64,000 bases of DNA, from the NCBI RefSeq assembly GCF_052425735.1, contig NC_135759.1:31930001-31994000 (forward strand), read 5' to 3'. Source of the DNA: Oculina patagonica. Lineage: Eukaryota. The position numbers were made by a program, and so were the translations under genes. Positions 35,701 to 48,506 of this stretch are shown here, in pieces. Each line of letters opens with the position of its first letter. The stretch's first letter is position 1. Under the pieces are notes generated by a model. It searched no databases and had not been told where the DNA came from. It was given only the letters and a program-made list of their open reading frames with translations.

Positions 35701-36318
35701 GTCATAGAACTCTCTGAAAATAGCCATACTGATTTACGAGGACCGATTTTCAAAATTGGTTAGCCTGTTCTTCCATACACCTTGTGGCAAAGCGACTGTG
35801 GCTCCCGTCTTCCCAGCCCCATTTATTTTTGGACATCGAGCATCTTTTGCTCATTTTGTAACTGAAGTACAAAATTTAAAACAGTCTTAGTTTTGCAAGT
35901 TTTCGTACAAACGTAGTCAATAAACTGCCTCGTCCCCTAAGATTAATACTGCAACAGTCCCTCAACTCAAAGCGCGAACACGTGCCAGTACCAACCAAGA
36001 AATACATGAACAGACATGGAGAAAATTCGCAATCTAAAAGCTCAGTACTGTGTTTCGTTTTGGTAACACTTAAAAGCAGAGAAAGTGCACAGTATTCGAT
36101 ATTTAGGTCACCACATGTTCAAGGAAAACTCTAGCATTGGTGACATAAAAAAATATATGTATACAAATACGTGTATGATGGATGCTAAGTCCAACGAGTT
36201 ATACATATTTCAAAACAATTCATTCTCCATTTGAAACTTTCAATCTTCACATTCCAAACTTTAATGTTATTTTTTTAATATAAAGAGCACACCTGTGCCT
36301 TAGCATCTTAAATCGCTG

Positions 36319-37320
36319 TTACAGCCTTGTGTTAAAAACGTTAGGTTTGTTGTCGTCTCTTTGTGCACGATGGAGGCCTTTGGATACTTGATTCCAGAAG
36401 TGCTTGAACGTCTCTTTATATTTTGGAAGTCGCCACGCATACAACATGGGGTTTAAACCTGAGTTTGCGCACATTAAACTGCCTGAAACTCCAAAACATA
36501 TCATAAGTAACGGTAAATGCGGGTGGCAGGGCCGACAAACGTATATCAACATCTGAACGATGAACCACGGCATGTAGAAGATGAGAAACGCACAAATGAC
36601 GATGGTGATGGCCTTGAAGAGATTTCTTTCTCTTTGAAGGATAACTCGACCATGTTTCAATGATTGGTCTTTTACTCTCCTCTTAGCATATCTGTGAAAG
36701 TAGAACATAATCACAATGTACATGATTACCATACTCAAAAGAATGAAAAGAAGTTGCACGTTGTAGACAGCTCCCATTATGGCAAAGTAGTCCCGCAACA
36801 TGAGAAATGCGCATCCAAATACTATGAAATACATCCAGCAAGTACAGTTGGCGACGAGCACTCTTTTATTTGTAACTCTAGCTCGGTAGTAAAGTGGAGT
36901 CACCACAGCGAAAACTCTGTCCACTGTCAGCAGGAACATATGACCAAAACTCACGTCGACGGAGAAAACATTGATGGCAAATATCACAGACAGATCAAAG
37001 GGCGATTTAAATTTGGTGTAAATCGCCCAAGCCCAATAGGCCGTTATTGGGCAAACTGCTAAACCAACTAGAAGATCTGCGAGCGCCAAAGATATCAAAA
37101 TTAAGTTGGAAGGCGATGATCGCAGTTTCTTGAGAGGATCTTTCCAAATTGCCAGCAAGACCAATACATTTCCAAACACGATTATCGGAGACATTGCTAT
37201 CGATAGAACAGCACTAATCCCTGATAGAAGCTTCACGTTTTCTAGGCTCAACCATGCTTCTTGTAAAGCTTGTTCGCTTCTTATGTTCCAGAAGTTGTAG
37301 TGGCCTAAGACGGCTGCCAT
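36319..37320 (-). CDS. Class A orphan GPCR 4, 333 aa
   Basis: GN, LALAD, DRV, FYMPW, NPMLY; ends NTRL. Confidence 0.95.
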   Translation of the reverse strand: MAAVLGHYNFWNIRSEQALQEAWLSLENVKLLSGISAVLSIAMSPIIVFGNVLVLLAIWKDPLKKLRSSPSNLILISLALADLLVGLAVCPITAYWAWAIYTKFKSPFDLSVIFAINVFSVDVSFGHMFLLTVDRVFAVVTPLYYRARVTNKRVLVANCTCWMYFIVFGCAFLMLRDYFAIMGAVYNVQLLFILLSMVIMYIVIMFYFHRYAKRRVKDQSLKHGRVILQRERNLFKAITIVICAFLIFYMPWFIVQMLIYVCRPCHPHLPLLMICFGVSGSLMCANSGLNPMLYAWRLPKYKETFKHFWNQVSKGLHRAQRDDNKPNVFNTRL

Positions 37321-37989
37321 TTATACTAGAGATCTTTATACAAACAAAATGCTAAGCTTGACTCGTGTATTTGTCTCAATTTCGAGATCACTTTGGAAAG
37401 TTTGTTTGAGGCTTATGATATTCGGTTCACTTTAAAGCCACATAATGGAACTAAATGACATCAAGGTAGTGATAAAATATATTGGAAGCTTTTATAGTAA
37501 TATTGGGATTCCACGATTATTTTTGCTTGAAACCTTTTTCTTTAACAGTGCACGGAAAATTATAATTTTTCTTTAGCAGTAAAGATTGAGAAATTTTTTT
37601 TTGTCTTTTTCAGCAATGTTAATGAAAGAATGTGTTATGAAAAATCTTCTTAAAACGAAATTGCGTTAGCGTACGATGAGTGTATTTATTGTCTTGTTGT
37701 TTATCATTAATTTCCTTTTGTCTAAACCACTTTTGTAAAGTAGCTTGTGCACATTCAAAGAGACACAAAAACTGTAGAACGTTTCAGTAAGTTTGAAAAT
37801 ATGTCCTTAAATATATTTCCAGCCTCAAAACAAAGACGCGAAGAACAAAAGAACTGCAGTTACGTTAATTGTAGTTAGAAAATGGATGATGTCAACTAGC
37901 GTGAGGTCCGTACTCCTTAAATATTGGTCGAGTTTTTTTTATTTTAATTTGCAAAACAATAAAGACGACTAAGTCCCCGTGGAAGAGGT

Positions 37990-38880
37990 TGAGAATTGTA
38001 ATTCAAGCAATAGCGAAAAGGACAATCATAATACCCCTAACTGGTCGTGAACGCATCACAAGACCCGACTTCAAACTGTATTACTTTCTAGGACAAGCGG
38101 GAAAAAGAGAGCGCGGGCCTAGATGGTTTGGAACAGTCCCACAACTCCCGCACGAGCCTAGTACGATCAAGAAGGGAGATCTGGGGATTAAGCAGCTTAA
38201 CATATCGAACAAGAAACTGTTAGTAGCGATAGTGTGATCGTCCGGGTGAGGAGGAGAAGAATGTGTGGTGACGACGCGACACGAGCGGAAGTCATCTAGG
38301 AGTGATGTGTGTCAGCGAGAGAAGTCGGTCCGGAAGGAAGAGGCGGATGATGGCGAGACTCGTGAATGTGTCTAGATGGTAGCGATCCGCAGCTAAGTCG
38401 TCTGTCCGCTGAGTATAAGTCGTGTTGCGGTGTCGCTCGACGTCGTGAAGCAGGGCCGAGGGACACTGGAAGGCGTCGCAGGTGAGAGAGTAGTCGGAAG
38501 AGACGAGGAAGCAAGAGAGTCCAGTCGAGTGGGTGGGGCGAAAGTGAGGAATCACCATCCGTCGCTCGTGGCAGTAGCCGTGGCAAGCACGGCCTCGATG
38601 AGGAGGCCTGGCAGTCGGAGCATTGATCTTATAAATACATAAAAAGGCAGTTGGGTGGGTTTGGAGTGCTTTTCGAGCAGCTTGCTGAGCTCTGACTTAT
38701 CCAAAGTTGGGAAACAAACATAATAAATAAAGTCGTAATCTAGGAGTTCCCTGTAATTCGTACACCAATTCTTTGTCAAGCTCGCGATCGTCGTTCTGGT
38801 GATCGCTGCTAATTCCGTTATTTTCAGCCTTTTATTAGCCATAAAAAGACAATTGAGACCGCTAAACCGCGTGTTTCAAA
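37990..38880 (-). other. GC-rich inserted segment with three abutting small ORFs (38842-38552, 38558-38292, 38295-38197), origin unknown
   Basis: Abrupt compositional shift; homology with paralogous GPCR 5' flanks stops at ~37985; ATGGTGA and ATGA start/stop overlaps. Confidence 0.4.
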
Positions 38881-39829
38881 AGGTTATTGAACAACGCTGA
38901 CCTTTGTTTGACTTGTCTTCACAAGAAATTCCAAGATATATTTCCCCCAATCAGTGCGTGTTATATCTTGGTAGTTTTATAATGCGATAAGAGCGCTTTT
39001 TTGTGTTCAAATTTTGAAAACTACAAACATCACAAGACAACCCTATGGTTGTTAAAGTGAATATTCGCTTTCTGCTTACACAGTTTAACTAAACTAAAGT
39101 AATATAAAAATCAGAGCCAGCTTTATCAATTCTTGCATTTCGTCTCCTAAACGAAAATAAAAGTGTGAAATAATTGACTGCGGATAATCTTTTGGGTATA
39201 AAATTGGGTGTTAGATTGGTAATGCATCAGCAAGGCTGATAATCCGACTGAATTGTCTATCTTCACCTAATGGTAAAAAATCAAAGAACGTTTCGTTGTC
39301 AGACTTGTTTATGGTAACTTTCGATTTCTTCCAACAAGTATTTGATGAAGAAAAGTCTAGTCGATTTCCACCTAATATATAGATTTAGGCGTTTATCAAA
39401 ACCTCCGTTTTGCCATTTTGTCCAAACAGACCTATTTTAATGACAACGAAGTCAAATTATTTGTTTACCATTTTGTAGGGAAACGAACAGCTGAGAAAGT
39501 TCACCTTTCTTTATCTGACAGAATTAACTAAAGAAAACGTGACCGGGGATTTCTTCTAACACAAACTGACTGAAATTACTGAATATATCTCACTGCTTCG
39601 GGAAAATTAAGCCTAAAAACACCATTTGTCACTTCAAGCTGATTCTTGGTTTTGGAGAAGTTTCCTAAACCAAATGTTCTAATGAATTATGTTGCTTATT
39701 ATACATTGCTCTAAGGGCAATCTTATCATTTCTTTTAGCAAACATTTCATTATTTACGGGTTTGGGGTATGCAATAAGGCTTTATATCTTTCCATTTTTG
39801 TTCTATCAAATGAAGTCAAGGCAGTGTTC

Positions 39830-40825
39830 TTAAACCCTTCTGCCATGAATACAATTTTCGTTGCTTCGTCTGTTTTCACTGCCACGGCAACAAGTTCTCT
39901 TCTTCATCAAGTGCTTGAATGTTTCTCGATACTTTGGAAGCCTCCATGCATACAAAAAAGGATTCAATCCGGAGTTTACATACATTAAACTGACTGAAAA
40001 TGCGTTAGAAAGCAGTAGCAACCATAAATTACGATGACATGATATGCAGAATAATGTAATTAACTGGGATATCAACCACGGTAAAAAGCAGAGGAGAAAT
40101 GCACAGATGACGATGGCAATGCCCTTCCAGAGACTTCTCTCCCTCTGAAAAATCCTCTGACGATTTGCTGCCGATTGGTCCTTCAGTTCCGTTTTCTTAG
40201 AGAATCTGTGAAAGCCACACAAGATCACCACGTACAAGATCAATATTGCAGCGACGATGCAAAACATTTGTATGTTGTAGATAGCTCCCATAATGGTGTA
40301 ATATCTCTGTAACAGGCCAAACGCACATCCAAACAGAAGAAAATAGCTCCAGCAAGCAACAGCGGCGATGCTGACACGTTTATTTGTTACTTTGTCTTTG
40401 TAGTGAAGTGGAGTCTCCAAAGCAAAAAATCTGTCGACTGTCAGCAGGAAAATGTGACTAACACTAAAAATCAGTAAGGTAGCACTGAATAACAGTGGTA
40501 GATGTGATCGATCGTCACTGTGAAATACAGCCCAATGCCAGTACACAGTTGTTGGACACGCCACAAAACCAACTAAAAGATCGGCAATCGCCATTGATAA
40601 CAGAATAAAGTTAGAAGGCGATGACCGGAGTTTTTTTAAAGGGTCTTTCCAAACTGATAAAATGACCAGTGAGTTTCCAAACACGATGAACGGGAACGCT
40701 ATCATCGCGACAGCAACGACTGCTACAGACATTTTCTTCGAATTTTCGTCGTGCAGCCATACTGTTCGTAGAGCCTTCTCGCTTGTTGCATTCCAAAAAT
40801 TAAAATGACTCGCGATGGCAGCCAT
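39830..40825 (-). CDS. Class A orphan GPCR 5, 331 aa
   Basis: ATG at 40825 (MAAIASHFNFWN, aligned to paralogs); GN, MAIAD, DRF, CFLPW, NPFLY. Confidence 0.93.
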   Translation of the reverse strand: MAAIASHFNFWNATSEKALRTVWLHDENSKKMSVAVVAVAMIAFPFIVFGNSLVILSVWKDPLKKLRSSPSNFILLSMAIADLLVGFVACPTTVYWHWAVFHSDDRSHLPLLFSATLLIFSVSHIFLLTVDRFFALETPLHYKDKVTNKRVSIAAVACWSYFLLFGCAFGLLQRYYTIMGAIYNIQMFCIVAAILILYVVILCGFHRFSKKTELKDQSAANRQRIFQRERSLWKGIAIVICAFLLCFLPWLISQLITLFCISCHRNLWLLLLSNAFSVSLMYVNSGLNPFLYAWRLPKYRETFKHLMKKRTCCRGSENRRSNENCIHGRRV

Positions 40826-42636
40826 TTCCGAAGTGAGAGGTTTTGAGCGTTGCGCGAATTCTGTTCGTGATTCTACCTGTATAGTGTTCCTGTATAGTGT
40901 ACCTCGTGATGCGTGATTGACGCCAGGTTTTTTCACTGATTACACATTACATCAGAAGAAAGTGACCTATCATCAACGCGCAAATGTATTAGGCGTTTAC
41001 CTTGGTTTCCTTTTTAATTAAGCTCTCAAAAGAAAAAAAGCTAGAAGTTGGCATTTCTTCCGCTCGAAGTGTTCTATATTGTCCGTTTTTTTTTATAATT
41101 GCTAAGCCGTATTATTTTAAAAAACCACGCACTTTATTCGCCTTTGAGGCACACTATGAACGATGAGGCTTTATTTGCCCCTAAATTTTGGATCTTTCCT
41201 AGTCTTTTATATAAAATATTTGAATTAACCTGATAATACGGCTCTGGCCTTCTAAGTTACGTTTATTGACTATACTTTAATCAAATTCGAAAAGCGTTTT
41301 TAGCCGAACACGGTAGCATTAAGTGTAAGTAGCGTTGCTGTAACGACGCCTTTTATACTTAGCTTCAGTTCAATGATAAATGAAAAGATTTACGATTGCA
41401 ATCTGTAGTTACCAGCATGTAATGCCGGGGCGCATAATAATTTTTTTTTCTGATTGTTTCTTATGTCAATTAATTGAATAGCGTTTCTAAATCTACTTAT
41501 GCATAATGTCGCTCTAATATAAAGCTGCATAAGCAGAAAAGTAGCTTTGAAGTAAAACTTGATACTGATTCTATGATCTTACATTTGAGAATATACTTGT
41601 CCTTATTTTGCATTTGAAATGCCGTTGAACGATTATAATCTTTAAAGCTTCATATTTTATCTTTCCATTAATCAATAAGTTTAAAGTTTGATAGTAGTTG
41701 TCATGGCAACAAACATTTGTTGGAAGGGGTTCGAACTACAGTACGAAAATCTCGTCAATTTGATCCCCTCGTTTCTACATGCGGACAAACGTTTTCCTGT
41801 ACATTTGAAGTTGCACAATTTGGTGATGTCGTGAATTAGATGTTTATTTGGAGATAATGAAATAGGGTGGGAAACGTGTATAAATAAGGCAATATGCATT
41901 TGTCACGACGTGGAAGTCAATATTCACTTCAATTCTTTGAATTTATACCAAAAACACGTCGGAAACCTTCGTTGATTGACTCTCACGATTAAGACCCTAA
42001 AAAGAAAGTCCAAACTTCGTAGCATGAATTTACAGTAGCTGTGCCCTTAAACATGTTTTGGATTAAAGAAATCTAAAAATCAATATATACTGCAAAAATC
42101 CTGTTACCTTTGTAACTATCGTCCTGTTTTAAATCGAGGGTGCGGCTTATCTGCAAGAACAGGTCATATTTTTTTACTTTAATCTATGAAAGCCACGATC
42201 TACAGTTTAATGCAGCTGCATGCTTGTAAAATCAACATCCACTCCACTTTCTGATTTCTATTCATGTAGCTTATGATATAAGAAGACTTGGAAACGCCTC
42301 TCAAATTGAATGCACAAAAATAAGAAGAGTTTGCTATTATTTATGTACTACAATACACACCTAACACGAAATGATAAAAACCTGGCATATACAAAATGAT
42401 CGACGATTGTATTCTCACCAGTGTATAATTGTAAATGTGCAGTAAAAAATGGGTTTGAAATTTTAGGTGGTGTTTAGGTTATACCATGCCGAAACAGTGG
42501 GTTAAACGTCGTGATTTTAGTTTGCCGTTAATGAAATCCCCGCTCACGTTTTTTTTTAATTATTCTGTCAGGTTTAGAAAGCTATACTTACTCAGCAGTT
42601 AGTTTTCCTAAGCATTTGTAAACAAGAAATTTGCCT

Positions 42637-42853
42637 GTGTTTGAACAAAGCTTGAAAAGTGAAGTTTTAGACAAGGGCCAAAAGTTATGTTTATTGTTCT
42701 TAAAAATCTTTGTTTGAACAAAACTGGAAATGTGATCGATGGTTTAGACAAGATCCGAAAATTATGTTTATTGTTGTTAAAAGTCTTGGTTGAACAAAAC
42801 TGAAAAAGTGATGTTTTAGACAACAGCTGAAAGTTATGTTTATTGAAAAGTCT
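42637..42853. repeat. Three tandem ~70-76 bp degenerate repeats
   Basis: Unit TGTTTGAACAAAACTG...TTTAGACAAG...AAAGTTATGTTTATTG...AAAAGTCT; one related copy at ~60430-60497. Confidence 0.75.
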
Positions 42854-44374
42854 CTTAATGAAAATATAATGATAATTGTTTGAAGATATGCAAAGATACA
42901 AGAAAAAAGGACTGATCTTGAAACATCCTTATATTTCTATCCACTCCGCAAAGATAATGGATTTTGGAATTTTTGGCTGTGGTCGAGATCTCACATAGCG
43001 TACATGTGTATGAAACTGTGAAGGTAGACCACAATACAAGAAAGTGAAAAGCAACGTGGATAACATAACCCTAGCCGAGGGGGGAGAGGGTACATCGCGT
43101 CCCATAAAACAGAGACGAAAGTTTATGTTCGCCAATTCCATAGCCATTCCTTTCTTCGCATGTACCTGCTTGTCAGGTCTATCCTTGTACCCCTCTTTAC
43201 TAGAAAATGACAACCACCTTCAACATAGGACAAGCCTGAAAAAAAAATTAAAGCGTTCTAAGCGAATATCTGCGAGAATCGGCGTAGGTTAGGAAATCCC
43301 CCAGTCCTGCTTGTGGAACCAACGTAAGATTGCGTGAGAACACTAAATTCTGTCCTTCCGACGTTTAAGACAGAAGCAACAGGAGACGTCTTTCTAACAC
43401 TAAAATGTCCAATAAACCTTTCTGCAAATATAGTAAACTGCGACCTGCATTTGACCACGCAGCGGTCCTTAAATGCTGGTAAACAATGATAACCTTCGAA
43501 GCGTCATATTGTTATCTTTTCATTTATCAATCCTGCTAAAGCTTTTAAAGTATCTGTCATGGCATAAGTAATTATTGAATGCCGTTCAGGGTGAGAGCCG
43601 AGGATCCCTTTTAAACAAAGATAATGCAGGCTTCACGGCCTTGTGCGTGGACAAGTACGAAGAGGATTATGTCTTAGCCAATGCAGGATCCTCAAATTCA
43701 CCTTGTTTCTGCTTAAAACTACATTTTGTAAATTTGAAGTTGCATTATTTGGTGCTATCGTGAATAAGATCTTTGTTGGAGATGTTGAGATAGGTGGGAA
43801 ACGTGTAGAAATAAGAATATGTCATCCTTATGTTCCCTGAGTGTGGAAGTCTACATCCACTTCACTTCTGTACTCGACACGGCGGAAACCATCTTTGTGT
43901 AATGACCCTTACAATTTTAATTAAAATACCTTAAATGGAAATTTAAAGTAGATGTTTTTGGCGCATATTCAATAAATACAAATTATACGCCTCCAGTAAT
44001 TTACACTACTGAAGACTGAACCAATGAATAGCCTACCATTTCATCAAAAACGTGACCTGTCAATGCTTAAGAAAAAACTGTTCTAAAAAGAAAATGAAAG
44101 GAGACATTACAAGTTACCGGTAGTTTAAAGCGGAAACTTGGTGCTTTTTATGGAAAAGATAGTTTGGTGCAAACCTTCCACGAGTAGAACAGCTACGCTC
44201 TTCATTTTTTAACCAATAATTATATTCATACTAAAGACCAATCGAGGTCGCTTCTCTGTTAATGATTGCATAATATTAGTGTCGAAGTCCTCCTCATCGA
44301 TCACGTCATACGAGTTCCACCAGAATCGAAGGTAAGAGACAACGGACAGATAACAGAAGCGAAATTTTATTTGA

Positions 44375-45360
44375 ATGGCGCCGAGCAGGCCACTTAATTT
44401 GGAACAGTCAAGCAAGGACGCTTTAAACAAAGTATGGTTGCGTGTGGACAATGCAACGACTATATCAGCAGCCGTTTCTGTGGTCGCGATGTTGATGTCT
44501 CCGATCATCGTCTTTGGAAATTCACTGGTTATTTTATCTGTTTGGAAAGATCCTCTGAAGAATCTTCGGTCATCGCCTTCTAATTTTATTTTGATATCCA
44601 TGGCGGTCGCCGATCTTCTAGTTGGTTTAGTAGCGTGCCCGTTAGCTGCATATTGGGGCTGGGCTACGTTCCGTCACGAAGATCCACCATTTTCTCCTTT
44701 GCTAGTCAGTTTCTTTTTAGTCAACTTTAGCGTTGGTCATTTGTTTCTGCTGACGGTCGACAGATTCTTTGCTTTGGTGACTCCACTCCAGTATCGAGTT
44801 AAAGTTACCAATAAGCGAGTCAGCATCGCCACAGTTACTTGTTGGATCTATTTCCTACTTCTTGGGTTCGTGTTTGGTCTGTTAAAGAAATATTATATCA
44901 TAACCGGAATAATCTACGACCTTCAAATTCTTTGTTTTCTCGTGTCTATATCGGTCTTATACGTCGTCATATTATGTCGCTTTCACAAATATTCAAAGAC
45001 ACGAGAACTAAACGACCAGTCAACAGCAAATCGTCAAATGATCCTTCAAAGGGAAAGAAAACTCTGGAAGGTCATAACCATTGTCATCTGTGCGTTTCTT
45101 CTCTGTTTCATGCCGTGGTTCATAATCCAAATAATAATGTATGTTTGTCTACCATGCCATCGAAATTTATCGTTTCTCATGCTGTTTTACGCACTGGCAG
45201 CCGGTTTTTAATGTATGCAAACTCTGGACTAAATCCATTCTTGTATGCATGGAGGCTTCCAAAGTATCGAAATACTTTCAAGCATTTCTTGACAAAGCGC
45301 TGCTGTTGCAATCAAAACAGACATTTTGTCGAAAACTGTGTTTATGAAACAAAACTTTAA
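44375..45360 (+). pseudogene. Class A GPCR 6 with +2 frameshift in TM7
   Basis: GCCGGTTTTTAATG versus GCCGGTTTAATG in paralog 7; NPFLY...ETKL* continues in another frame to 45360. Confidence 0.8.
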
Positions 45361-46784
45361 TAATGTCTCTATATATACCATAGCTATAACTTGTACAAAA
45401 TTGTTAAATACGTTATACAGCAGCGCTATGTACTAGCACTATTAATCGTTTTACAAAGTCACAAAAGTTTACTATAAGTAAAAGTTTGCATATACCAAAC
45501 CAAGGAATATTCCGCAATAAAAGAAAATTATCTTATAACTTATTCCTATCTTCAGTGTTGACACAGCTTTTTGCCTAACAAAGAGAAGGAGTGGTTTTTA
45601 GCCATAGTTTATTGGTACGAATTGAAACGGTTTGGACTCAGTAAATCCATTACCAACAAGCGGGTTTGCTTAATAGACGCATGAGAGTGCAATAAGTTAG
45701 AAAAATTCGATATTTGTTATTTTAGTTTGGTGAAGAATTTCAGTAATCCATAAGTCTATTAAGCTTACGTGTTTTCTCGTCCGTTGTTCCTTTCAAAATT
45801 GTGTAAACAAATTTGACTTATCAGTCATCCTAATGCTTCATATATTCCCATCTCATGAAATCGACTGGCTTCCAATATGGAGTGTTGGAAGACTATTGTT
45901 AAGTCCATTACCGTCTTTGTTATTGGTACAGCTATTTTCCTCACAAAGATGAGAATCTTCTTAGATTAAAGCGTAATTCACTCGTATTGAAAAAATCTTC
46001 CAACAATGATATTGTAAGAAAACAAGACTAAATCATAAGGAGGTGCGGCAAAAGGGGACAAAAGTAGGATAAAGTACAGCAAAAACTTAATACCGGGTGC
46101 AAACTAATGATATCCAGTTTTCGTAATACACGTCTTCAAAGAAATGTGTTAATTGTTATATTACATATAATAGCTTGGATTGTGACACCAGAGTTTTTCA
46201 AAGTTCCATAGCAACTGGTTTTAATAAAGAGTGAAATAAAACATTTTTTGAGCCCATACAACACACTTTGTGGTCTGTTCCTTAATGATTAGTGATATTG
46301 TAATGCGGGGACTTGTTTACAGGGTGTACATTTAAATACCTCTTATGGAGAGAAAATGCTTGAAAAACAAAGTTATCTATTTCGAAAAAGCCTACTTCAA
46401 AATTCGAAAATAAGAACCCCCGAATAAAACGCAATCATGTTGGCATAATTTCAACAATTTCTGAATTAAGAAAAGTATCAGTATGAGTATGTTAACTCTC
46501 ACTTTAGGTCAAATACTACTATTTTTTACCAAAGAATAAACGGCCTCTGAGCTGTGGTGTATCTCAAAAGGTACAGAGAAAGCAAAATGCAACTCATTTT
46601 GTGTTTATTTGTCTAAGTAAAGTTGATTTTCCTTTTAAAAAACAATGGAACGTTTATCATTATGTCCCATCTAATAAAAATAAATATTAGAAAGCACTAA
46701 GCGTTTCTTCTTTTTTTTTAAAAAAAAAAACGACACAAGAAAAGATTCCAACAAGTATATCATAAATACAACTTAACGGTATTT

Positions 46785-46910
46785 TCTTGACGTTTGCAGC
46801 CTTCAGAATAAATCCATTTTTGTATGCATAGAGGCTTAAAAAATATAGAGGTACATTCAAACACTTGCTGAAGAAGCGAGCTAAGTGCTGTGGCAATCAA
46901 AATAGACATG
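46785..46910 (+). pseudogene. 3'-terminal GPCR fragment (TM7/helix 8), paralog of GPCR 9
   Basis: LTFAAFRINPFLYA*RLKKYRGTFKHLLKKRAKCCGNQN; downstream flank to ~47120 matches 57570-57725. Confidence 0.85.
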
Positions 46911-47371
46911 TCATGTATGTTTATAACAACAGCAGTGTCCAGATCATTGATTTAATTGCATTTGCGCTTACAAACATGAAAAAAAACCGATCTTTTAATT
47001 ATGGCCTACACTAACCGAACTGGACAGAAAGCTTGCGTATAACAATAAGTGGTACGATCTTACGTAATATAAGATGCGTTCAAACTAATGCATAAATAGG
47101 AAAGCAAAACATTTTGGTAAACGTAACTATTCAGGAAAAAAGTGGTGGCTCAAAGTGAGTGTTGTTATCCGGCTCTACACTTTGCCGTTAAGATTTTTTT
47201 ATTATTCCATACTAGTGCCGTTCCTTCAACACTGTCAACCTTATGAAAACCCGTTCCGGATCGTTTATCGAAAAGCCCAAACCTACCAACTAAGAGCACT
47301 TAATTTTGTCCTTCCTATCTTTTAGATATAAGCATGCAACACGAAGAAGTTTTCCACATAGCGGTCCTTAT

Positions 47372-47590
47372 TTAGGGCGCTCTACATTAGTCATAACTGG
47401 CCGGCCAGACCGGTTGATTCGAGATCAGAATTCCGTTGTTTAAAAGTCAGATCTGCCCTGTCAAATCAATCAATCCAAAAATATTATATACTGTTGTGGT
47501 GGCTTCGTGACGAAAATCTTGTGGAAAAAACCCATTTCACATTCAAAACCACCGGACCGGCCGGTCAGATTCGACTAATGGAAAGTGGTG
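47372..47590. mobile_element. MITE
   Basis: CATTAGTCATAACTGGCCGGCC / GGCCGGTCAGATTCGACTAATG inverted ends; absent from paralogous flank at ~43465. Confidence 0.6.
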
Positions 47591-48506
47591 ATAAACTTAA
47601 AAGCGTCATATTGTTATCTTTTCATTTATCAATCCTGCTAAAGCTTTCAAAGTAGCTGTCATAACAGCAAGTGATTATTGGATGACGTTCAGCGTGAGAT
47701 CCGAGGATCCCTTTTAAACAAAAGTAATGGGCTCTAAGGCCTTATCTGCGGACACGCACGAAAAAGATTGTCTTAAGTAATGCAGGCTGCTCAAACTGAC
47801 TTCATTTTTACTAATATAAACTACTTTTGACTTTTGTAAGTTTGAAGTTGCATGATTTGGTGCTATCGTGAATAAGATGTTTGTTGGAGATGATGAGATT
47901 GGTGGGAAACCTGTATAAATAAAAAAAGTGTCATCAATATGTTCCAGTTTGGAAGCGATATCCACTTCAATTATCTGCTGACAAATCCTCAAACTAATAA
48001 CTAAGAAAACGCGGCGGAAACCGCCTTCGTTTAATGACTCTTACCCTTGAAAATATTTAAATTAAATTAATATATTTTTAAAGTAGATGTTTTCGGAAGG
48101 TGTTTTAGAATTAATTTAATTCAACATATATTATACAACTCCAGTAATTTACACTACCACAACTGTCTGCGATTTATTCGAAAACATGACTTTCCAATAA
48201 CTAAGAAAAGCCTGTTTTGAAAAGGAAACATTGCAAGTTAGTTAAAAAATGAAAATTATTATTTTTGAGTGTTAAGGAAAACAAAGATTGGTGCAAACCA
48301 ACCACGGGTTGTACATCTTTCATTCATTTCCACATAATCACATGCAGCTGAGGGCCAACCGAGCGAGGTCGTTTGTCTTTTCATGACTGCATAAAATTAA
48401 TATCGAAATCGTCCTGTCGATCACGCCTCACGAGATCCACCAGAAGGTAACTGAGACAACACGAACAGAATTAAACAAAAGCGATTTTAAATTTCTCACT
48501 CTGAAA

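Noticed and set aside
40826-40936. N-terminal extensions of GPCR ORFs from GTG/TTG starts (also 24233-24286, 51534-51641, 61807-61824)
   Set aside because: Non-ATG starts; paralog alignment places initiation at the first ATG (MAA.. in most).
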